A DNA stretch of 64,000 bases from Eledone cirrhosa (taxonomy: Eukaryota). The notes below the pieces were generated by a model. That model had not been told where the DNA came from and ran no database searches. It saw only the letters and a program-made list of their open reading frames with translations. Made by a program: the position numbers and the translations under genes. Of the stretch, positions 53,269 to 64,000 are shown piece after piece (positions within the stretch are counted from its first letter, which is position 1; every line of letters begins with the position of its first letter). The stretch spans positions 81,406,001 to 81,470,000 of the forward strand of contig OZ024745.1 in the NCBI GenBank assembly GCA_964016885.1, in the 5' to 3' direction.

Positions 53269-54388
53269 TCTTATAATGAATGTATTGCAACTGGCGTACG
53301 GGTTGTACATATATGGATGATTTGATGGTCAGAGTGGGGTCATGAGGACTGCGGATTGACCTCTGGTCGGCCCTGGTGATGATCATCTTTCGACATCCAA
53401 TGTAGCAAGCGATGACCCAGAGCTTACCAGAGATCATTGTGTGTTGAAGTGATTCTGCAATCACCGCGCCTAGTCCTATGAGTAGACTACAACCACAGAG
53501 ATCATTAATTTAGAATCCTCGCTCGTCGTCTATAATATTCATTTGTGGCACTCTACGATGGGGGTCAATTCACCATAATAATACGAACACCTTCAGCACA
53601 ACTTAATAGACTACTCTATAGTTAAAACACTTTATGCTTTAGAAATTTTTTAGAAGTTGCGCATAACCATAGAAATTAGGGTCTGTTTTGAGACACATTT
53701 AATAGTTAGTAATAGAAACCTCGGAGTTACCTCCCCTCATGCATTAACTCCCCTTAGTCACACACACACTTCCGGGTAGTATTTCAATGTAGATTCTCGA
53801 AACGTAACATCCTCCTGTATTGAACTAAAGAACATCAGACTACGATTCTCTAACTGGATTGTCAAACGCTCAATATCGAATTGTCGTGGATTATGTGAGG
53901 GGCATATAATCTGAAAAATACACTCCCCTGACTATGAAAATGTCGAAGTACATGAAGTCCATAACATCCCTTCGCTGTGCATTTCCAATATTTTTAATAT
54001 TTTTAATGCTTGCACTACTTTTAATGCTTATATCATTTCTCCACACACAGACTATAACAATCATATAAAGAATTTGCCACCAGATCAACCAACCTAACAC
54101 TCTTGTTTACCTACCTATGTGCTTCTACTACACGTAACTCTCTGCCACACTATATAAACAAGACGCACGTGCTTGCCACACATATAACATTTGCACTATA
54201 TAACCGCTTATTTTCATGTTGTATTTTAACCTGTATTTTTTATTGTATCTTTTAATGTGAATGTAATCTCTAAGTGTGTACTGCCACTCTAAATGCTGTA
54301 ATGAATGTTGACCCACAATGTATGCATATGTATCTGTATGTCTCTTGGGTGAAAAGGAGGTCATATAAGTGTTCATTCATTAATAAAT

Positions 54389-54436
54389 TGCTCCGAAGAA
54401 ATCCAAACCTCGGTTTGGAGGAAACAGTTGTAAGCA
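54389..54436 (+). ncRNA. Minimal hammerhead (CCGAAGA core) in a pLTR related to 43869-44130
   Basis: UGCU-CCGAAGA-AA-UCCAAAC-CUCG-GUUUGGA-G-GAAA-CAGUUG-UA-AGCA. The tail ends at (TA)n near 54645. Confidence 0.75.
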
Positions 54437-54641
54437 TAAAAATGTTTTGAACAGTTCTTTGATTCTTATATTTCATATAACTGCTCTGTAAATAATCTGA
54501 TGTTTTTACATTGAGCTACTTAACTTACTGTTAATAAGGTTGTAATATATTACTGCCTAGCACTATTTAGGGTTTGTATAAAAAAATATATATAACTGCA
54601 AAAGGTTTTTGTATTTACATAACCATAAATAGTATAATTAA

Positions 54642-54691
<50 letters not shown>

Positions 54692-55101
54692 ATATATATG
54701 TGTATATATGTGTGTGTGGTTGTATATATGTATGTGTATGTATGGATATGTTGATATTTATGTGTGTATGTATGTATGTGTATATGTATGTGTATGTGTG
54801 TATATATATATACACATATATATGTGTATATGTGTGTGTGTATGTATGAGTGTATGTATATATATATATATGTGTGTATGTATATAATTGTGTGTGTGTG
54901 TGTGTTTGCATGTGTGCTTTTATTTTATTTTTCCTTTCCTTCTTCCTTCTTCAGCCTCACTTTCATATAGATTGCATTTTTGTTTTTAGAATCCAATATC
55001 AATAAATAGACCAGGATTTTTTCATTCTGATGATTGAAAGCAAAATTTTTGGCTTTTAAGAAACCACTGGTAAATATAATTGCCTTATGTTGTTTATTAC
55101 A

Positions 55102-55169
<68 letters not shown>

Positions 55170-55464
55170 TAAATACGTGTGTATATGTGTGGGGTTGCTG
55201 GGTGTGTGTGTTTTTACAGTTTGTCTGTTAAAGTTACGTTTGTAGAGGGGAACTAAGAAAACATTCTTTTCTCTCCAAAATTCAGAAAATTGGCAAAGGT
55301 TGGGAGCTGAAATCCAAAGGATTCCCAGAATCTAAAAATTTAAAGATTAAGGAATTTAAGAGAGTTAAGAAAACTCTTAATATATCGAAACCGGTAATTC
55401 TCTCATATACTTTATATACTTCATAAAGAAATTTCAAAAAAAGAATTTTTCCTCTCTTTTTTTA

Positions 55465-55650
55465 ATAACTGTTTCTACTTTTGGCACAAGGCCTGCAATT
55501 ATCCCAGTGTATTACTGGTACTTTATTTTATCGACACCCGTAAGGATGAAAGGCAAAGTTAACCTCGTCGGATTTGAACTCAGACCATAAAGGGATGTAA
55601 CGCTTTGCTGCAAAGCATGGCGTCCAACCCTCTACCGATACTGCCAATCT
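55465..55650 (-). mobile_element. SINE family 1
   Basis: Reverse complement of the consensus. Confidence 0.85.
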
Positions 55651-55736
55651 TTTCAATAATATCACTTTGACGAATTAAAAAAGAAAAGCAGACCTTGAAA
55701 TATATCTCCCGTGCTATTCTATTTCCAACTTCATCT

Positions 55737-57441
<1,705 letters not shown>

Positions 57442-57519
57442 AGGATATTTTCGAAACAGCGAGTTGGTTTGAAATTATTAGAAATGTAAGCTAGCGCCGT
57501 ATTTTGACTAAAGCAATTA

Positions 57520-57661
57520 AAGAAATTATTTAGCCTGATAGTGGTGTTAAGAACCCTCGGAGAAATGGAAAAAGATGAGTATTGACGTATATAGGAGTCA
57601 ATACTCATCTTTTTCCATTTCTCCGAGGGTTCTTAACCCTACTATCAGGCTAAATAATCTC

Positions 57662-57664
<3 letters not shown>
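57520..57664. repeat. Fold-back duplication (about 62-bp arms) between TA tracts
   Basis: ATTATTTAGCCTGATAGT...GAGTATTGAC is reverse-complemented after a 10-nt spacer. Confidence 0.85.
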
Positions 57665-57703
<39 letters not shown>

Positions 57704-58624
57704 AGAGTATTGAAGTTTGCTTGAAGCATTATGGAACAATAAGTAAATATCTTTAAGTCGTTTGGAAGCCTCGACAATGCAAATGGGTAAATCTCCGGGT
57801 AACAAGGTCCGATGGTGGAGAGAGAGATGTAAGTGGGTGTACGTTGAGATGCGTGGTGTGTATAACATGTGTGAGATGTGTAGAATGAAGGGAAGAGTAT
57901 AAAGGATAAAAATAAAAATAACAACACAAGAAGATTTAATAGTCCCTATATATTTCGGAATCACATCCATCAACTGGGGTTTTTTTCCGGGGTGGGGAAA
58001 AAGGTTGTCTGTCGGACAGCTCGGAACGCGTCTTTCGCTGTTTGTTGATTTGAATATCTGAGGTATTCGGCCGAGCGCGCATGCGCGTGAAATGGGGTCG
58101 GTCGTACAGAGGTCAGCGGCCGAATGAGGGAGTGGGATGGCGCTAGCTGTCAGTCCGTTCTCTGCCTGTTTGTTAATGTTACTGTGTGTGTGTGTGCGTG
58201 TGTTGTTGTCTCGCTTGAGTGTGTGTGTGTGTGTGTGTTGTTGCCTTGTTTCATCTGTATTGGCAGTGTAGTATGTTCGTATGGTGGAATGCTACTGTGT
58301 GTGTGTGCGTGTGTGTGTGTGTAGTTGTCTCGTTTGCGTGTGTGTGTGTGTGCGTGTGTTGTGTGTTGTTGCATCGCTTGTTAACTTAGACCAGCCATTT
58401 CATTTCGCTTCTCTCTGATCGGTTGTTTATTTGCGGTTGCAGTCGTTTGATAAAAAGCGCTTCCTTGATACGTAACGTGCCGACATTTTCTTTCAGTCGC
58501 TAGAATCGTGACAATGGGCCTTCCGTCTTTGTTTTCCGCATTTGTCTATGTGTTTCCGGAAAGACGAGGCTCTGGTTTTGGTGTGTTCCTTGATCCGGAT
58601 GTGCAAAGGTCGAATTGTGCTACC

Positions 58625-58948
58625 TATGTAGTATTGGTTGCACCTGTCACATTCTATCTTATACACGACGTATGTGCGTAGGCAACAGTTAGCATGGCGT
58701 ATCGGGCAGTCTCTGAGGGAGCATGCGCCAGTAGATTTTTCGGGTTTCCTGGAGAGGTATCTTCGCAGGGAGGGGCCGAGTGGGCTAGGTGGATGTCGAG
58801 GCCCTCCCTCCGTATAGCCTTGCAGAGAGACAGAGACAGAGAAGCACCCAAGGCAAGTGCTTCCTTAAAATGCCACACCTGGGCGAGAAAACCACCAACG
58901 CTATCCGCAAGGCTATACGGAGGGAGGGCCTCGACATCCACCTGGCCA
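58625..58948. mobile_element. PLE endonuclease-region fragment with inversion
   Basis: CFLKMPHLGEKTTNAIRKAIRREGLDIHLA on plus and AIRREGLDIHLAHSA... on minus. Diverged relative of the 36-43 kb family. Confidence 0.8.
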
Positions 58949-59024
58949 CATCAACGTTGAGTTTTGCAACTCCGTCAAGTCGATAAAATAAATATGCACA
59001 TATGTAAATAAGGGCTCTGATGCC

Positions 59025-59775
59025 ACAATAAAAAACGGATAAAAAACGGATGCTTCCAAAATTAAAAATGGATCCCCCAAATAAAAAACGGACTGCAAAT
59101 AAAAAACGGACCCTCCCCCCTACAGCTCCAAACAAATAAAAAAAGGTCTCCAAAAAAAACGCCCCCCCCCCCCCCAATAAAAAACGGATCCCCCCAAATA
59201 AAAAACGTACACCCAATAAAAATTCCCCTCCCCATAAAAAACGGACCCCCACCCCTCCCCCCAAATAAAAACGGTCTCCAAATAAAAAACGGGCCCCACC
59301 CCAATAAAAAACGCACCCCCATAAAAAACGGACCAACCCAATAAAAAACACTCCCCCCATAAAAACGGATCCCCACCCCTCCCCCAAATAAAAACGGTCT
59401 CCAAATAAAAAACGGACCCCCCCCCCAATTAAAAACGGAATCACCATAAAAAGGAACCCAAATAAAATACGATCTCCAAAATAAAAAACGGCCACCCCCC
59501 CATAAAAAACGGGCCCCTACCCCTACCCCATATAAAAAACGGTCTCCAAATAAAATACGGACTCCGCATAAAAAACGGACCCCACCTATAAAAAAACGGT
59601 CTCCCCCATAAAAAAAACCCACCCCTCCCCCAAAATAAAAAACGGTCTCCAAATACCCCCCCCCCCCATAAAAAACGGAACCCCCAATAAAAAACGCTCC
59701 CCCCTCCATAAAAACGGACTCCAAATAAAAAACGCCCCACCCACACCCATCCCCACCCACCCACCCAGTAAAAAC
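59025..59775. repeat. About 20-bp C/A-rich minisatellite
   Basis: Unit AAATAAAAAACGGA(C)n. Confidence 0.95.
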
Positions 59776-60200
59776 TGAGACACAAACATGCAATATCAGC
59801 AAGAATTCACACAAAGCTTCTCAAAATTGTTGCCTAATTGTTTGGGATGAGTGCACAATGGCACACAAGGGTGCCCTTGAGGCATTGGACAGGACCCTGA
59901 AAGACATAGGGATTCTACGGCTCCTATGGGGATTTTCGGCAAACGCTGCTTGTCATCCCCAAAGGGACAAGAGCTGATGAAGTGCGTGCCTGCCTTAAGT
60001 CGTCCATGTTGTGGCTCCAGGTGAATAGTTTGTACCTGAGCACAAATATGCGTGCTCATTTGCATGGTGACAACATGTCTGCAGCATTTGCTCAGAAAAT
60101 TTTAGCACTTGGTGAGGGCAAGGTCCCTGCGGATAACAAGGGCGGCATAGCAGTCGACTCCCTGTGCAACATGTGAGCAGCCCTTCTGACCTTTGGGAAG
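59776..60200 (+). mobile_element. Helitron PIF1-like helicase fragment (decayed)
   Basis: LIVWDECTMAHKGALEALDRTLKDI...GDFRQTLLVIPKGTRADEVRACLKSS...LSTNMR...ILALGEG. Confidence 0.9.
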
Positions 60201-60211
60201 CAGTTTAAATT

Positions 60212-61110
60212 TTAAAAACGCCCCCCCCCCCATAAAAATGAACGCCCCACCCCACCCCCACCCAAATAAAAAACGTACTCCAAATAATAAACGTATCCCC
60301 CCAAATAAAAAACGGACCCCCCCCCCCAATAAAAAACGGATCCACCCAAATAAAAAATGGATCCGCCCAAATAAAAAACCGACCCCCAAATAAAAACGGA
60401 TGCCCCCAAATAAAAAACGGAGCCCCCAAATAAAAATGCGGACCCCAAATAAAAACTGGACCCCCCGCCCAATAAAAAAACCGAGCCCCCCAATAAAAAA
60501 CGGATCCCCCACAAATAAAAAATACAGATCCCCAATAAAAAACGGACCCCCCCTTAAATAACCCCCCCTCCAAATAAAAAAAACGCCCATCCCCCCAATA
60601 AAAAATGGACCCCCTACACATCCCCACCCCTACCCTCAAATAAAAAACGGACCTCCCATAAAAAACGCCCCCCTCCAAATAAAAAACGGATTCCAAATAA
60701 AAAACGCCCTCCCTCAATAAAAAACGGATCCCCCAAATATAAAACAGACCCCTCAAATAGAAAACGGACCCCCCAAATAAAAAACGGACCCCTCCCAAAA
60801 AACGGATTCCAAATAAAAAAAACTCCCCCCTCCCCCAAATAAAAAACGGACACGCCGCCCAAATAAAAAACAGACCCCATCCCATAAAAAACGGACTCCT
60901 CCCCCATCCCAAATAAAAAATGGACCCCCCCCCCCCCCCCCCCCCCCAATAAAAACGGGACACCCAATAAAAACCGGACCTCCCAATAAAAAATGGAGCC
61001 CCCACATCCCGACCCCTACCCCCCAAATAAAAAACGGAATCCCCCCAAATAAAAACAGAACCCCCAATTAAAAACAGATAAAAATTAAAAAATGACCCCC
61101 CCCAATAAAT
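60212..61110. repeat. About 20-bp C/A-rich minisatellite (same unit as 59025-59775)
   Basis: Unit AAATAAAAAACGGA(C)n. Confidence 0.95.
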
Positions 61111-61599
61111 AAATAAATATGTGTATGTGAGTGTTTATATAAATATGTGTATGTGAGTGTTTATATAAATATGTGTATGTGAGTGTTTATATAAATATGT
61201 GTATGTGTGTGTTTGGAAGTTTTTATGGGTATATATCTGCATATCTCTTTCTCTTTTCCTGCTTGTTTATGTCTAAATACACTTTCTCTTCTTTTCTCGC
61301 TATTACACTCACAACATTTCCTTCTTTCTTTCACTCTCTTCATATATATATGTGCGTGTGTGTGTAAGTAAGCAGGAACAAAGTCTCAAGGCTGCACCAT
61401 ATACTCTAGGGTTTCGAATAATCGTCCCCTCCATCGCTTATTAACTTTTCAGATTCCCAACCATTCCACCCTCTTATTACCTACCACTTATTAAACATTT
61501 ATGCATTAAAAACCTTCATACATGATAAAAAAATGTACATTACTAGAAATCCCATGTTATAAAATAAGTAGGATTGGTTGGGTCTTAATATGTAAACTT

Positions 61600-61845
61600 C
61601 TTCTTCGCCTAATTATTCCTGAGAGAGTCGTGGAAGGGGGTGCAGAGTCATCAAACACTCCTTCCAGCTGCGCCTGTCAGAAGCAACAGTCTCCAGCTGA
61701 TCTGGCTGGATTCCCAAGTGTGACCAGACAAGCTCATGGATGTTATCCAACCATCTTGTTCGGGGTCTACCCCTGGGTCTCCTGACGGTTAGTTTTTCCC
61801 GTAAAATCTGTCCAGCGATTCTTTCCTGAGACATTCTAATCACAT
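61600..61845 (-). mobile_element. RTE-clade LINE 3' end
   Basis: IRMSQERIAGQILREKLTVRRPRGRPRTRWLDNI...DRRSWK, followed by a short GAA-repeat tail. Confidence 0.85.
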
Positions 61846-62085
61846 ATGTAAACTAAACGACTAATTTTGGTTTTTAAAAACATCATCGGAGATAACCAAG
61901 AAACATTACCGATCCCCCCCCCCCTACTTATTCCAACACCCCCGCTTATCCACCTTCCATTACAATTGTTTCGATATCGATTAGCTCACGAGGCGATCAT
62001 AATCTCCTGGGCTCGACACTGCACCAACATCTCATCAGATATGCAGGTTCATATGTGCAGAACACATACATACTTACACACACAC

Positions 62086-62172
<87 letters not shown>

Positions 62173-62364
62173 GAGAGAGAGGGAGGAGATAGATAGATAA
62201 ATGCATAGATAGATATTAGAAAACAGACGGTGTGTGTGTGTGTCCCCACATATTCATATATAAATATATATATGCGTGTTTTTATGTGAAGAATATAGAT
62301 GGACAGACAGACAGATAAAAAGAAAGAAACACACAAAGATAGATAGAGAGATAGACATCTGGAC

Positions 62365-64000
62365 AAATAGATATATTTCTTTATTTACCATAAAGGCATA
62401 AAAAGAAGGGACAAATACAAAGGGGGAGTTTACATACAATCGAGTAAAAAGGGTATAAAATGAAAATAATCGAATATAACCTCAAAAGGGAGGGGACGTG
62501 ATGGGGGTTGCACACACCCCCGAAAAAGTGTGCAATCCTTTGCCCGGGGAGCACATGGAGAAGGTGCTCCCCTCTCCTTCACTTCTTTACCTACAGGATG
62601 GTATACAGAGAAGGCCCATTTACACGAGCCATTCTCGCCACTATCACCCACCTTTCATAAAACTGCCTGTGGCCAAGCACCTCTCTCTCCATTCTTATCC
62701 TTCTTCCGAAGTGATATCGGAAGAAGTAGACCAGACTATGGCCAGAGAGGAAGTTGCCTGACCTCAGACCTTTCAATCGTGTCCACCAAACAACCTCTTT
62801 CAACATGGCTATTACGCACAGAAAAACCGCCTTTGCTTCCTTTGTGAAGAGGGGAGGCGGTTTGATTGTCATCACGGACTCGGCGGTCAATTGAATCGGC
62901 GCCACCCGCGACAGCAGTCGTTCGGCGTAGCCCCACAGATCAGCCACGCCCGGACATTGCACCAATGCGTGCGCAACGGTTTCTTTGTGACGCACGCATC
63001 TAGGGCAAATCTTTGTTGAGGGATCCCTGCCCGGGCGCCCGTGTCTGTAGAGCCTCTCTCGAACGGGTAGAGCCCCCCGGTAGCACTGCCAGGCTAGTGA
63101 CTTCTGGAAGTTGTCCATTGGTCTCGGGCCGAAAGTCCTACCGAACAGGCTGGCCAGTTCGTCCTCTTCCATGTCCAGTGACTCTCCAAGGGTGTCATCG
63201 CCCCTGCTAGCCACCAGCCCTCTATAGAATGATGAGGTGGATTCTCCACCGATGGACTGGCCCGCTTGCCAGATAGCCCTGAGCGCCTGAGCACACTCAG
63301 TGTGCCAGTCTCCCAGTTTTCCGGATCTTTTCTTGACCCAGGACTGCAGCTCGGTGAGCGAGACGAGTCTCGGAAAGGCTCGTTTCACGAACGGAGCCCA
63401 CACCGGTTGACCAGTGAGGAATACCTGTAGGTGCCGTAGCCTTAATGCGTGCCTACGCATCATCAACCACGGCATCCCCAGCCCTCCTTTCGAAGGTTGT
63501 TGGCAGCAGATGTATCTTCTCACCATAGGAGGGCGCTTCTTCTAAAGAAATTGGAAGAGCATGCGTTCCATGGGGGTGAGTGTTTCCTTAGGGCAAGGCA
63601 CGACAGTCAGGCGGTAGTAAGTGACGGACGCTATGTAAATGTTCGCCACCTCCGCCCGGCCTTTTAGGGACAGCTTACACTTGGCCCATTTCTGGGTTAG
63701 TGCAAACACCTTGTTCGTAACCTCGTCCCAGTTCTTTTCCACCTGGAGGTCCGGTCCAAACCAGACCCCAAGCAACTTTACCGGGCCCTCCGTCCAGTGT
63801 CCGACGACACCGTCGGGAGGCATCGGTCTGCCTCTCCACGTTCCGAGTTGCAGCCCGATGGATTTTTCCCGGTTCAGTTTCGCTCCTGACAACCTTTCGT
63901 AATCCTCCAGTAAGGTACCGATCGCCTCGATTTCCGTGTCGTTGATACCATTACTGTTACGTCATCGGCGTAGGCCGACACCGCTATGCTCAATCCTGGT
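62365..64000 (-). mobile_element. L1/Tx1-clade LINE ORF2 3' half plus 3' UTR (runs off the window), frameshifted
   Basis: VSAYADD at about 63961-63981; SGAKLNREKS, VKLLGVWF, LSLKGR, KGGLGMP, CPRC...ETVAHALVQCP (zf-RVT). ORFs 63542-63892 and 62591-63526. Confidence 0.92.

Overview
AT-rich animal genomic DNA, probably an octopod cephalopod judging from the tRNA-derived SINE family and the dense (TA)n/(CA)n/(GA)n microsatellites (inference only). No intact host gene is visible. Penelope-like retroelements (PLEs, RT plus C-terminal GIY-YIG endonuclease) dominate: one young tandem-plus-inverted array (36.5-43.6 kb), three decayed long copies (8.8-12.9, 43.6-45.6, 46.6-51.0 kb) and several fragments. 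Read by eye, more than 20 hammerhead-ribozyme (HHR) motifs from about a dozen families are present, mostly minimal type I with a palindromic stem III. At least three ORF-less elements (33.1-34.1, 52.2-53.3, 55.9-57.4 kb) have tandem 0.44-0.66 kb units, an inverted 5' copy and (TA)n flanks, and look like PLE-mobilised retrozymes. One of them carries hammerhead strands in a non-canonical order. Also present: RTE, CRE-like and L1/Tx1 LINE fragments, a Helitron helicase fragment inside a satellite, DNA-transposon ends, and a possible heavily decayed adhesion-GPCR pseudogene (16.6-22.4 kb). All RNA structures are manual predictions and have not been folded computationally or assayed.
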